Shown: positions 38,950 to 48,842 of the stretch, piece by piece | Numbering within the stretch: the stretch's first letter is position 1 | Layout of the letters: the number at the start of each line of letters is the position of its first letter | Assembly: GCA_036676985.1 (NCBI GenBank) | Contig: JAKFBU010000023.1 | Span: forward strand, 261,510-325,509 | Length of the DNA stretch: 64,000 nt | Source of the DNA: Candidatus Sericytochromatia bacterium | GTDB lineage: Bacteria > Cyanobacteriota > Sericytochromatia > S15B-MN24 > UBA4093 | Reading direction: 5' to 3' | Made by a program: the position numbers and the translations under genes | The notes under the pieces: generated by a model | The model's database searches: none | Seen by the model: only the letters and a program-made list of their open reading frames with translations | Told to the model about the DNA's origin: nothing

Positions 38950-40263
38950 CTAGCCCAGGCGCGACCTCGTGGCCGTCCGGCCTCCGCCTTCCTTCTCGTC
39001 GAAGAGGGCGGAGGTCTGGTCTTGGACGCCCTCACCGAACCAGCGCTTGGGCACCGTCACGCGGACGGCCTTCTGGATGAAGTCGTCCAGGGGCATGGTG
39101 TAGCGATCGCCCGTGGCGGGATCGAACAGGTACGCGCCCTCGAGGCGGACCTTCTCCACGGCAAGCGAATGGAGGACGCCGTCGTTATCGATCGTGACCT
39201 TGCCCATGTCCGCCTTCTTGTCGTGGTTGGAGATCAGGTTCAGGAGGAAGGTGGGGTTCTGCAGCACCGTCGTGAGGTTCTGGAACAGCGTCTCCGGCGT
39301 GAAGGACATGAACTGCTGTCCCGTCACGCCCTCGTACAACTTTTCCACCTGGGCGGCCGAGAGGCCCTCGTTGATCGCGCCCGCGCCCGCGTAGTGCGCG
39401 AAGGCCCCCTGCATGGCGTAGCTGACGGGATCCCGACCCGCCTGCTTGGAGGCGTCGTAGGCCGGCAGGACGAGCTTGTCGGGCTGAGGCCCGCCGGGGA
39501 CGCCCGGAATGGTCGCCTCGCCCTTGGTCGCGAGCCCCACGGCGATGCGCGCGAAGTCCGCGGGCGCCTGCCGGGCCAGGGTCGCCTCGAAGGTCGCCTC
39601 GGCGCAGTCGAGCGTGTCCAGGCCCTGGCTCGTCGCCTCGGGGTGGGCCAAGAGGTGGATGATGTCGCGCGCGACGGCCCCCTTGCTGCTCGCGCCCAAG
39701 CCGGGATTCAGGGCGCTCTGCGTGTACTCCTTGAGGTAGTCGATGGTCGTCTTGCCCGAGGCGTCCGTCTCCGTGAGCCGGTCCTTCTCCAGGGCGAGCT
39801 CCATGTCCTTGGCCAGGGTCTCGCGCTGTTCGGGGCTCGCCCCCACCGAGGCCACGGAGAGGAAGTCGTTCATCGCCTGCTTCTGCTCACCCGAGAGGCC
39901 GATCCCCTCATCGTTCTTGTAGGTGTCCATGGACCGCTCGAGCTTGTCCAGGGCCGTGTCGGCAGCACCCGTGTCCACGGGCGGCGCCGGGGGCACCGTC
40001 GGATCCAGGAGGAGGGTCGTGGGCGTCGTCTTGCGTACCACCTGGGTATCGCCGGCCGGGGGCTTGACCTCGGGCACGGGGTCCTTGGGGGCCTCGGTCT
40101 TGGGCGCCTGGGTGACGGGCTTGGCCGGGGCCGTGGGTGCCGCTAGATCGACGGCCTGCGTCATCTGCAGATCGTCGGCCTTGAAGGCCTCGACGACCTT
40201 GGTCGGCACGAAGACCTCGCGAGCCTTGAAGAATCCCACTCCCAGCGCGTTGAACCAATCCAT
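38950..40263 (-). CDS. Hypothetical protein, putative papain-fold cysteine peptidase
   Basis: QGLDTLDC ... HSLAV ... YLFDP order; no signal peptide. Confidence 0.5.
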   Translation of the reverse strand: MDWFNALGVGFFKAREVFVPTKVVEAFKADDLQMTQAVDLAAPTAPAKPVTQAPKTEAPKDPVPEVKPPAGDTQVVRKTTPTTLLLDPTVPPAPPVDTGAADTALDKLERSMDTYKNDEGIGLSGEQKQAMNDFLSVASVGASPEQRETLAKDMELALEKDRLTETDASGKTTIDYLKEYTQSALNPGLGASSKGAVARDIIHLLAHPEATSQGLDTLDCAEATFEATLARQAPADFARIAVGLATKGEATIPGVPGGPQPDKLVLPAYDASKQAGRDPVSYAMQGAFAHYAGAGAINEGLSAAQVEKLYEGVTGQQFMSFTPETLFQNLTTVLQNPTFLLNLISNHDKKADMGKVTIDNDGVLHSLAVEKVRLEGAYLFDPATGDRYTMPLDDFIQKAVRVTVPKRWFGEGVQDQTSALFDEKEGGGRTATRSRLG

Positions 40264-40422
40264 GTGCAGTCGCCCCCTTCTGGATACCCAAATCTGTTAT
40301 CCCCTCCTCCGGGCGCTAAGCTGTTTAAAGCCCCACGTGGAGTTCGTTAGATCTTCGATAAATCTTCGCCCAAACAACGGGGCCCCTCTTGCGAGGGGCC
40401 CGTCGGGGAAGGTGCGATCGCG

Positions 40423-41823
40423 CTACATCACCTTGTGTGGGTTGACCGGCCGGCCGTTGACGCGGACTTCGTAGTGGAGGTGCGGACCGGTGGCGCGGCC
40501 CGTGTCGCCCACCAGGGCGATGGTCTGACCGGCCTTGACCCGTTGGCCCGGCTTGACGAGGAGCTTGGAGCAGTGGGCGTAGCGGGTGACGACTCCTCCG
40601 CCGTGGCTGACGTCCACCGTCTTGCCGTAGTCGCCGTCCCAGCCCGCGGCGACCACCACTCCGGACTTGGCGGCATGAATGGCCGCACCACGGTCGTTCG
40701 GGATGTCCAGACCGGTGTGCATGCGGCCCGAGCGCGGTCCGTAGCTGCTCGACACGCGGCCGGAGGTCGGCCAGATGAAACGCTTGCTGACCGCCCGGGC
40801 GAGATCGCCCACCAGCCCGCGGCTGGCCACTTTTCGGCCATCCTTCTCCCGGAAGCGGCGGCCCTTCGACTCCGTCTCCGTGGCGGGGATCAGCAGCTTG
40901 CGACCGACGCGCAGGGTGGTGTGGAAGTCCAGATCGTTGACCTCGATGATGGCCGCCGTCTTCACCCCGAAGCGCTCGGCGATCTCCGTCAGCGTGTCCC
41001 CGTCCTGGATGACGTAGGTGGATCGCTTGGTCCGGCGGGCGGGCTTCGCGGCGGCCGCTTCGGGCTTGGCCTTGGGGCGCTCGGCCTTCGCCTTGGGCTC
41101 CGCGACCTTGGCCTGCGCGACGCGCGCCGGCGCCTCCTGGCGTGCCTCGGGGGCGCCGGGCACCATGCCCGTGGCCTCGTGGGCCACCAGCTGGGCCGTC
41201 GTGCTGATGACGCCTGGTACGGCCGGTGCCTGCGCGACGGGGATCACCAGGGACTCGCCGATCTTGAGGCGGTGCGTGACCTTGAGGCCATTGGCGGCCA
41301 GGAGGGTCTTGAGCTTGATCTTGTGCGCCTTGGCGACGGTGTAGAGCGAGTCGCCGGTCTTGACCCGGTAGGTCTTCATCGGCACGGGCGCGGGAGCCGC
41401 CGCCTGGACCGCCGGAGCCTTCTGGGCGGGCGTCCAGGTGGGCAATTGCTTCCATGCGAAGAAACCGAGGGCCGGCACGATGACGGCCACGGTCGCCGCC
41501 AAGGCGACCCGACGGCCCGCCTGCGTGCTGCGACGACGCTGGGCGCGGTACTCCTGCACGGGCAGGTGATACCGGAAGACGCCCAGACTCTCCGAAGGCT
41601 CGGGGATCGTGGAGGCCTCGGGCGAGGCCTTGGGGCTCAGCTCCACCAGGAAGCGCACCCCCTGGAGCAGCCTGTCGGACAAGCGTCGGCGGGCCCCGCC
41701 GAAGTGCAGACCGTTGAGGTTCAAAGGGTTGAGCGGGGCCTTCTCCGAAACGCCCGTGTAACGGAAGGCGGAGATCTCGGGGATCTCGCCTTGAGTCCTT
41801 TCTTGCGTCGGATTGCCGCTCAC
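40423..41823 (-). CDS. Membrane-anchored 2xLysM plus M23 peptidase
   Basis: TM segment; YRVKTGDSL, YVIQDGDTL; HTGLD, YAH, TGPHLHYEV. Confidence 0.92.
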   Translation of the reverse strand: MSGNPTQERTQGEIPEISAFRYTGVSEKAPLNPLNLNGLHFGGARRRLSDRLLQGVRFLVELSPKASPEASTIPEPSESLGVFRYHLPVQEYRAQRRRSTQAGRRVALAATVAVIVPALGFFAWKQLPTWTPAQKAPAVQAAAPAPVPMKTYRVKTGDSLYTVAKAHKIKLKTLLAANGLKVTHRLKIGESLVIPVAQAPAVPGVISTTAQLVAHEATGMVPGAPEARQEAPARVAQAKVAEPKAKAERPKAKPEAAAAKPARRTKRSTYVIQDGDTLTEIAERFGVKTAAIIEVNDLDFHTTLRVGRKLLIPATETESKGRRFREKDGRKVASRGLVGDLARAVSKRFIWPTSGRVSSSYGPRSGRMHTGLDIPNDRGAAIHAAKSGVVVAAGWDGDYGKTVDVSHGGGVVTRYAHCSKLLVKPGQRVKAGQTIALVGDTGRATGPHLHYEVRVNGRPVNPHKVM

Positions 41824-41867
41824 TGGAACCCCTCCTTGCTTGTTACGAGCGCTTCATTGCAAAAGTT

Positions 41868-41893
41868 AAAGCCCCCGGCGCTGCCGGGGGCTT
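41868..41893 (-). terminator. Intrinsic terminator after rho
   Basis: AAGCCCCCGGC-GCT-GCCGGGGGCTT with TTTAACTTTT tail on the minus strand. Confidence 0.7.
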
Positions 41894-41897
41894 CGTC

Positions 41898-44000
41898 TTA
41901 GCTGTCGCTGATGGCCATCAGGAACTCTGCGTTGGATTTGGTGCGACTGAGACGGTCGGCCAGGAACTCCGTGACCTCCGCGGTGTCGCCCGCATCCAGG
42001 GTCTTGCGCAGGATGCGCTGCTTGCGCAGCTCCTCCGGCGTCAAGAGCAGCTCCTCCTTGCGGGTGCTCGACCGCTTGATGTCGATGGCCGGGAAGATCC
42101 GGCGGTCGGCCAGTCGGCGGTCCAGCGTGAGCTCCGAGTTACCGGTGCCCTTGAATTCTTCGTAGATGACCTCGTCCATGCGCGAGCCCGTGTCGATGAG
42201 CGCCGTGGCGATGATCGTCAGGCTGCCCGAGCGCTCCAGCTTGCGGGCCGCGCCGAAGAAGCGCTTGGGCTTGTGCATGGCGTTGGGATCGAGACCGCCC
42301 GACAGGGTGCGGCCCGACGGCGGCATCGCCGAGTTGTAGGCACGCGCCATGCGGGTGATGGAGTCGAGCAGGATGACCACGTCCTTGCCGTGCTCGACCA
42401 TGCGCTTGGCGCGCTCCATGACCAGCTCGGCCACGCGCACGTGGTTCTCGGGCAGCTCGTCGAAGGTCGAGGCGACCACGTCGCCGTTGATGGAACGCTG
42501 CATGTCCGTGACCTCTTCGGGGCGCTCGTCGATGAGCAGCGCGATGAGGTGCACCTCGGGGTGGTTCTCCGAGATCGAGTTGGCGACCTGCTTGAGGAGG
42601 GTCGTCTTACCGGCCTTGGGCGGCGAGACGATGAGGGCGCGCTGACCCTTGCCCAGCGGGTTGAAGAGGTCCATCAAGCGCATGGAGAGGTTGTTGGAGA
42701 CCGTCTCGAGCTTGAGGCGCTCGCAGGGGTAGATGGGCGTCAGGTTCTCGAAGGGGATCCGGTGGACCACCGACTCGAGCGGGAAGCCGTTGATCGTCTC
42801 CACCTTGAGCAGGGCGAAGTACTTTTCGCCTTCCTTGGGGGGACGGACCTGGCCCACGACCTGATCCCCGCTCCAGAGATCGAAGCGCCGGATCTGGGTC
42901 TGCGAGACGTAGATGTCGTCGGGCGAGGGCAAGTAGTCGGCCACCCGCAGGAAGCCGTAGCCCTCGGGCATGATCTCGAGCACGCCCTTGGCGGAGATGA
43001 TCCCGCTGGTGTCGCCCTGGGTCTGCATGATCCGGTGGATCAGCTCCTGGCGGCGCAGGCGGCGGTAGTTGAAGATGTTGAGCTGGCGCGCGAGCTCGTA
43101 GAGATCGGGGATGTCCATGTTGGGGAGCTGGGTGACATCCACCTCGACGGTGGGCGCCGCACCCGGCTCGATCCCCTGCTCGGCGAGGAGGGCCTCGGCG
43201 AGCTCCCGGGCCTCGCGCATCTCGCGCATCTCACGCTCGGTGGCGCGGTTGCCGCGGTTGTCCTCGCGGAAGGTGACCGGCCCCCGACGCTGGTCGCGAT
43301 CGCGGCGATCCCGATCGCGCCCCTGCTGCTGGCGCTGGTCACGGTCGCGATGGCGCTGCCCCTGACCCTGACCTTGACCCTGCTGGAACGGCTGCTGGCG
43401 ATCGTGGCGATCCCGCTGCTGGCGATCCCCCCGCTCGTGACGCTCGTGTCGGTCGTGGCGCTGCTCGCGGGGTTCGCGCTGTTCCCGGGGCTCCCGCTGC
43501 TCGCGAGGTTCGCGCTGCTCCCGCTGTTCACGGGGCTCGCGCTGTTCCCGGGGCTCGCGCTGTTCCCGGGGCTCCCGTTGCTCACGGGGTTCGCGATGCT
43601 CGCGGGGTTCCCGCTGCTCGCGCTGCTCCCGACCGGGACGGCCCTCGCGGGGCGCGCGGGTCGGCTGCTCAACCGGGGCCTCGACGGTGGTGACGGCCGG
43701 CGGGGCGACCTCGACCTCGGGAGCGGCGGCGGGCTCGGCGGCAGCGGCGCGACTCCGGCGGGACTGCGTGGATCGGGTGCGAACCGGGGCAGCGGGCGTT
43801 TCGGCCTCGACGGAAGCGGCGACGGGCGGAGCCTCAGTGGCGACGGCTCCCTCGGCCTGGTTGGCGGCTGCGCGGGCCTGGGCGGCACGGGTCGGACGAC
43901 GGCGCGACGTCACAGGAGCTTCGGTGGTGTCTGGGCCCGCCGGCACATCCGTCGCCACGGCGGAATCGGGAGCGTTCACGCGCTTAGCCGAGGTTTCCAA
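41898..44000 (-). CDS. rho: Transcription termination factor Rho with long low-complexity N-terminus
   Basis: [39 protein letters not shown]; TTG start uncertain. Confidence 0.96.
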   Translation of the reverse strand: METSAKRVNAPDSAVATDVPAGPDTTEAPVTSRRRPTRAAQARAAANQAEGAVATEAPPVAASVEAETPAAPVRTRSTQSRRSRAAAAEPAAAPEVEVAPPAVTTVEAPVEQPTRAPREGRPGREQREQREPREHREPREQREPREQREPREQREPREQREQREPREQREPREQREPREQRHDRHERHERGDRQQRDRHDRQQPFQQGQGQGQGQRHRDRDQRQQQGRDRDRRDRDQRRGPVTFREDNRGNRATEREMREMREARELAEALLAEQGIEPGAAPTVEVDVTQLPNMDIPDLYELARQLNIFNYRRLRRQELIHRIMQTQGDTSGIISAKGVLEIMPEGYGFLRVADYLPSPDDIYVSQTQIRRFDLWSGDQVVGQVRPPKEGEKYFALLKVETINGFPLESVVHRIPFENLTPIYPCERLKLETVSNNLSMRLMDLFNPLGKGQRALIVSPPKAGKTTLLKQVANSISENHPEVHLIALLIDERPEEVTDMQRSINGDVVASTFDELPENHVRVAELVMERAKRMVEHGKDVVILLDSITRMARAYNSAMPPSGRTLSGGLDPNAMHKPKRFFGAARKLERSGSLTIIATALIDTGSRMDEVIYEEFKGTGNSELTLDRRLADRRIFPAIDIKRSSTRKEELLLTPEELRKQRILRKTLDAGDTAEVTEFLADRLSRTKSNAEFLMAISDS
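43459..43630 (-). repeat. Degenerate 18-bp tandem repeat encoding (REPREQ)n in rho
   Basis: About nine to ten imperfect units visible in DNA and protein. Confidence 0.85.
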
Positions 44001-44427
44001 GCAAAGTCACTCGCTTTCAGGGGGAATCAAATCGGAATTGTCGAGGGAATGTGACCTGGGTCACCGGGGCATCATAGCATTAAGGCGTGAACGCGTCAAT
44101 CTGAGCAAGTTGGCGAGCCAATCCGGCGCACCATGACTGGATTTCAGGCTTAGCGACAGCGAGCGCCCGAAAACCGTTGGCCTGGTTAGCCAGCCCTAAC
44201 CAACGCTTCGACGCTCATGACTTACAGACGACGACTAGCACGGACATCTCTCCCTTCCTTGAACAGCAAGGCCCCGAGCCGATTTCGAACAACCACGCGG
44301 GCGTTGTCCGGGGGGCTTGGCAAGGGCATAATCCCCACCGTGGGTACCAAGAGCGGGCGCTGCAAATCCAGCCTTCGCCTCAATCGACGGTACCTAAGCA
44401 CCCGTACTTTCAGGAGGAAAAAACCAA

Positions 44428-45246
44428 ATGCTTAAGCGTTTCGATGCACGCCTTTTGACGATGGGCGCCCTGGTTCCGATGATGATGGCGGGTTGCTCCA
44501 CGACGGCGCCGACGAGCGCGCCCGACACCCCCCAGGCCCAGCCGGCCCCGGCCACTCAGGTCGCCCTGACGGCTCAGGCGAGCGCGGCCAAGTACAGCAT
44601 CCAGGGTGGCCAAGATCTGGGCGGCGCTTACATGAATTATGCGGCCAACCCCTGTGGTGAGTGCCCGGCGGCCGTTCCGGCGCTGGCCGCGGGCATCCTC
44701 GTGAGCCCGTTCGCGCTGTGGACGTTCGACTACCTGTCGAGCCATCCGCTTCTGGACTACAGCTGGTACTACGCCCGCGGCAACTTCGCGGTCTTCGGAT
44801 GGGCCAACGACTACTATGCCCACCTCGCCGACTTCATGTGGTATCCCACGGCCGCCGGCTACTGGCCGTACGCCTACAACGCGGGTGTTGCCGCCTATAC
44901 TCCCTACGTGGGTTACGCCGGTGGAGCCCCGATCTATCCGTACCTCGGCTACGGGCTCGATCCCTACGTCGGGCTCGAGGTCGGCGCCGGTCTCGCCGCC
45001 CCGGTGATGAGCCTCGGCACCATCCCGGTCCCGGCCGTCGGCGGCTACGGCGGCTATGACGGTAAGAAGGGCGACGTCGGCGCCTACAGTGGCGGCAAGG
45101 GCGACGTCGGCGCCTACAGTGGCGGAAAGGGCGCTCCCGCTCAGACCTACAGCGCCCCCAAGAAGGACCGCGGCGGCAACGGCGGCCAGGCTTACAGCCG
45201 CAACGGCGGCCAGGCCATGCAGCAGGGTCAGCGCTCCGGTTACTAA
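44428..45246 (+). CDS. Tyr/Gly-rich lipoprotein
   Basis: AGGAGG RBS, MAGC lipobox, about 10% Tyr, GGYGGY. Confidence 0.8.
   Translation: MLKRFDARLLTMGALVPMMMAGCSTTAPTSAPDTPQAQPAPATQVALTAQASAAKYSIQGGQDLGGAYMNYAANPCGECPAAVPALAAGILVSPFALWTFDYLSSHPLLDYSWYYARGNFAVFGWANDYYAHLADFMWYPTAAGYWPYAYNAGVAAYTPYVGYAGGAPIYPYLGYGLDPYVGLEVGAGLAAPVMSLGTIPVPAVGGYGGYDGKKGDVGAYSGGKGDVGAYSGGKGAPAQTYSAPKKDRGGNGGQAYSRNGGQAMQQGQRSGY
45067..45133 (+). repeat. 30-bp tandem duplication (KGDVGAYSGG x2)
   Basis: AAGGGCGACGTCGGCGCCTACAGTGGCGG at 45067 and 45097. Confidence 0.9.
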
Positions 45247-45262
45247 GCGCGTCTCCGCAACA

Positions 45263-45295
45263 GAAGGCCGGGCGGGAAACTCCCGCCCGGCCTTC
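45263..45295. terminator. Hairpin between convergent genes
   Basis: GAAGGCCGGGCGGGA-AAC-TCCCGCCCGGCCTTC. Confidence 0.7.
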
Positions 45296-45314
45296 CTTAT
45301 ATATAGGAGTCGAT

Positions 45315-45578
45315 TTAGCCGATCTGCGCCAGCAACTGCAGGATGAGGCGCAGGGCGATGCTGTAGACGAAGTACGCCACGATGGGCGAGATGTCGATGC
45401 CGCCCATGGGCATGAGCCGGCGGAAAGGCGCGAGCGTCGGCTCGATGATCTGCGCGATGAACTGCACGGCCGGATGGTTGCGCGGCACCTGCGGGATCCA
45501 CGACAGGATCACCCAGATGAAGAGCAGGATCTGCCAGATCTGGAAGAGGTTGACGAGCGCCTGGCTCACGATTGCCAT
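45315..45578 (-). CDS. yggT: YggT/YlmG family membrane protein
   Basis: ILSWIP, EPTLAPFRR, GIDISPIVA. Confidence 0.92.
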   Translation of the reverse strand: MAIVSQALVNLFQIWQILLFIWVILSWIPQVPRNHPAVQFIAQIIEPTLAPFRRLMPMGGIDISPIVAYFVYSIALRLILQLLAQIG

Positions 45579-45581
45579 GGG

Positions 45582-46391
45582 TTAGTGACTCGCTTTCCCG
45601 AGCTCCTTGGAGCGCAGCGTGGCGGCCTTGACCGCCAGACAGAGGGTCGCTCGGACCGCCGCCTCCTCGAGGACCTGCAGGCCCGCCGCGGTCGTGCCCG
45701 CGGGCGTGACCACCTGGTCCTTGAGCTCGGCCGGATGCTTGCCCGATTGCTGAACCAGCATAGCGGAGCCCACCACCGTTTGGCAAACCAGCTCCCGGGC
45801 GATGCGGCGGGGCAGTCCCTGCTGGACGCCCGCGTCGATGAGCGCCTCGAGGATGAGCGTCACGTAGGCCGGGCCTGAGCCGGAAAGCCCCGTCACCGCG
45901 TCGAAGTACGTCTCGGGCAGGTCCAGGACCTCGCCTACCGCCCCGAAGATGGTCCGTGCCGCGGCCAGGTGCTCCTCGGTGGCATGCTCGTTGCCGGCGA
46001 TCGCCGTGATCCCCTGCCCGATGACGCAGGGCGTGTTGGGCATAGCCCGGATGATCGGAGGCACGGGCGCGAACGCGGCGCCGATCTGCTCAAGGCGAGC
46101 GCCCGCCACGATGGAGAGCGCCAAGGAGGCCTGGTCCCAGCGGGGACCGACCTCCTTGAGCACGTCTTGGAGCTGGACGGGTTTGACGGCGAGCACGATG
46201 ACCGGAGCGCCCAGGCACTCGGCGTTGTGCGCCGTGGTGCGGACGCCATAGGTCGACGTCAGGTACTCGCGCCTGGACTCGAGGGGGTCGCTGACCAAGA
46301 GATCCTGAGGGGCATGCACCCCCTTGCCCAGGAGGCCCTTCACGAGGGCCTCGGCCATGGTTCCCCCGCCGATGACCGCCAGCCGGGTCAT
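45582..46391 (-). CDS. proC: Pyrroline-5-carboxylate reductase
   Basis: IGGGTMA, LAVKP, RAMPNTP, SGSGPAY, VTPAGTT; ATG overlaps sepF stop. Confidence 0.96.
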   Translation of the reverse strand: MTRLAVIGGGTMAEALVKGLLGKGVHAPQDLLVSDPLESRREYLTSTYGVRTTAHNAECLGAPVIVLAVKPVQLQDVLKEVGPRWDQASLALSIVAGARLEQIGAAFAPVPPIIRAMPNTPCVIGQGITAIAGNEHATEEHLAAARTIFGAVGEVLDLPETYFDAVTGLSGSGPAYVTLILEALIDAGVQQGLPRRIARELVCQTVVGSAMLVQQSGKHPAELKDQVVTPAGTTAAGLQVLEEAAVRATLCLAVKAATLRSKELGKASH

Positions 46392-46849
46392 TAGCGAACG
46401 CGCCAGAACAGGTCCTTGGTCGGAGTCTGGGTCTGGGCCTGGGCGACCATCCACTGGGTGTCGCCGCTCAGAGCGTTGATCTTGACGTTGGACGGGGTGA
46501 ACAGGAAGATCGCCTCGCCGATGCGCTCCTGGTGGCCGTCGAGCGCATGGCATGCACCCGAGACGAAGTCCACGAGGCGCTGCGACTGCTCAGCGGTGAG
46601 GCCCTGCAGGTTCAGGATGACGGCGCGACGCGAGCGCAGGTTCTCGAGGACCCCGAGGGCGTCGTCGAAGCCGCGCGGCTCGAGCACGACCATCTCGCTC
46701 TGGGTCGCCGAGGGCAGGCCCACCAGCGTGCGGCCGGTCTGCTTCTGAGCCTTGGGCTCCGCGGTGGTCTCTTCCTCGTCCATGGCCTCCTCGTACTCCT
46801 CGTTCAACCCGACGAAGTTCTTGACCTTGCTCCAGATCTCGGCGCTCAT
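46391..46849 (-). CDS. sepF: Cell division protein SepF
   Basis: EPRGFDD, QRLVDFVSG, IFLFTPSNV. Confidence 0.93.
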   Translation of the reverse strand: MSAEIWSKVKNFVGLNEEYEEAMDEEETTAEPKAQKQTGRTLVGLPSATQSEMVVLEPRGFDDALGVLENLRSRRAVILNLQGLTAEQSQRLVDFVSGACHALDGHQERIGEAIFLFTPSNVKINALSGDTQWMVAQAQTQTPTKDLFWRVR

Positions 46850-47562
46850 CTAGCCTCCTCATCAAGACCTGGTCTCCCAGGTCGCTCGCCAAAAATGCCG
46901 GTGCCGATCCGGACCAGCGTCGCCCCCTCGGCGATCGCCACAGGATAGTCCGACGACATCCCCATCGAAAGTTGTCCCCGACCCGCCGGGTCCCCGTACG
47001 CCGACCAGAGCTCGGCCAGCCGCCTGAAGACCCAACGAACCGCTTCCGGATCCGACACGTACGGTGCCAGGGTCATGAACCCGCGCACCGAAACTCCACT
47101 CAGCCCGCGGGCCGTCTGGAGGGCCTCCGGCACCTCGTCGGTGCGAAAGCCGAACTTGGTCGACTCCTCGGCCACGTTCACCTGCAGGAGGATGTCCTGC
47201 CGGATGCCCATGGACCGCGCCGTTTGGTCGATCGCATGCAGGATCCGCATGCTGTCGACCGAGTGTATCAAGGCGAAGCGCCCGACAGCTTGTTTGACCT
47301 TGTTGGTCTGCAAGTGTCCGATCAGGTGCCATTCGAGCGGAAGGTCCGCCAACGCGGCCTGCTTCTCGAGGGCCTCCTGAACCCGATTCTCGCCCACCAA
47401 GCGAACTCCGAGGCCGTAGGCCTCGCGCATTCGCTCTGCCGATACCGTCTTGGTGACGGCCACGAGCTGCACCTGGTCGCTCGACCGGCCTGCCTCCTCG
47501 GCAGCTTGTGCCATTCGTTTCCGCACCACCGCCAGGCGGTAAGCCAAATCAGACTGGAGCAC
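46846..47562 (-). CDS. yggS: PLP homeostasis protein YggS/PipY
   Basis: AVTKT, GENRVQE, HLIGHLQTNKV, LSMGMSSDY, VRIGTGIFG. Confidence 0.95.
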   Translation of the reverse strand: MLQSDLAYRLAVVRKRMAQAAEEAGRSSDQVQLVAVTKTVSAERMREAYGLGVRLVGENRVQEALEKQAALADLPLEWHLIGHLQTNKVKQAVGRFALIHSVDSMRILHAIDQTARSMGIRQDILLQVNVAEESTKFGFRTDEVPEALQTARGLSGVSVRGFMTLAPYVSDPEAVRWVFRRLAELWSAYGDPAGRGQLSMGMSSDYPVAIAEGATLVRIGTGIFGERPGRPGLDEEAR

Positions 47563-47765
47563 GACAGCAAGTCAACAAATGATCGATGCCCACGATATTA
47601 CCACCTCTCGGCAGTGTTTACAATAACGCTCGTTCGGCCGTCATGGCGGTGTGCTGGATCACGCCACTCCCCTTGCACAAGTTCGATTGGCCAGGTTGCG
47701 CTAAGGCCCCCGGCCCCGCGCACGTTATAACCGAGAGGCCCCCATGGCCGCCGAAAGGAGTGCCG

Positions 47766-48842
47766 ATGGTCTCCGTCGCGTGTCGCGTGCCAGCCATGCT
47801 GGCCCTCTGCATGGGCCTGACCGGCTGTGCCCAGCCCCTGGCGGGCCCCCTGCCGGGCGGGGCCACCTTCGCGATCCAGGCGGAGTACGTGGTCCAGGCC
47901 GAGGAGGACGAACCCACCTGGAACCTCCAGCGGATCGGCGTCTACCCCTCGGCCGTGCGCCCCATGCCGGGCGCCAACCTGGTGGTGGCGGCGGTGGTCG
48001 ACACGGGCGCGGACCCCCAGCATCCGACCCTTCAGCCGCGCCTCTTGCCCATGATCGACCTGGTCGGCGGCGACACCTTCAACCGCAACGGCCAGGCCTA
48101 CGAGTTCCGCGGGCGCGACGGCAACGGCCACGGCACGCACGTGGCGGGCATCGTCAAGGCGACGGTGGGCGAGAACAACCCGATCGACATCCTGTCCGTC
48201 AAGGCCATCGGCCACACGGGGGTGGGCGACGACGGCACCATCGCCGAGGGGATCCGCCGAGCGGTCGACTGGCGCGACCCTGCGAACCCCGACCGGCGGG
48301 TGCGGGTCATCAACCTCTCGGTTGGCGGCAAGACGAGCTCCAAGGTCCTCGAGGACGCCCTCGCCTACGCCGTCAGCCGCGACGTGCTCATGGTCGTGGC
48401 GGCGGGCAACCGCGAGCGCGACGTGGACTACCCCGCGGCCCTGCCCACCGCTCTGGCCGTCTCGGCGACCACCCGCCAGGACGGCCTTGCGAGCTACTCC
48501 AACCGCGGGACCACGGTGGGCATCTCGGCACCCGGAGGCGACTCGGACGGGGCCATCGTCTCGGCCTGGCCGACCTACCTCACGGCCTCGGACCTCAAGA
48601 AGGGCCTGACGACGCCGCACACGGACGGCTCCATGGTGGGCACGTCCATGGCCGCCCCGCACATCACGGGTGCTGCCGCCCTCCTCTTCGCTCAGGACCC
48701 GAGCCTCACGGCCCTCCAGGTGCGGGCGCGCCTCCAGACCTGGACAGCGGACCTGGGGCCGGTGGGACCGGACGGGTACTTCGGCGTCGGCCGGCTCATG
48801 GTGGAGGCGGTGCTCGCCAAAGGAGCGCACGATGCGCGCTAG
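47766..48842 (+). CDS. S8 subtilase lipoprotein with very short pro-region
   Basis: AAGGAG RBS, ATG 47766, LTGC lipobox; VVDTG, HGTHVAG, GTSMAAPH. Confidence 0.9.
   Translation: MVSVACRVPAMLALCMGLTGCAQPLAGPLPGGATFAIQAEYVVQAEEDEPTWNLQRIGVYPSAVRPMPGANLVVAAVVDTGADPQHPTLQPRLLPMIDLVGGDTFNRNGQAYEFRGRDGNGHGTHVAGIVKATVGENNPIDILSVKAIGHTGVGDDGTIAEGIRRAVDWRDPANPDRRVRVINLSVGGKTSSKVLEDALAYAVSRDVLMVVAAGNRERDVDYPAALPTALAVSATTRQDGLASYSNRGTTVGISAPGGDSDGAIVSAWPTYLTASDLKKGLTTPHTDGSMVGTSMAAPHITGAAALLFAQDPSLTALQVRARLQTWTADLGPVGPDGYFGVGRLMVEAVLAKGAHDAR

Noticed and set aside
43459-43630. Repeat tract as possible CRISPR array
   Set aside because: No spacers, in-frame within rho, no cas genes
44177-44458. 93-aa and 72-aa ORFs in the rho intergenic region
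   Set aside because: No RBS, atypical codon usage, no motifs
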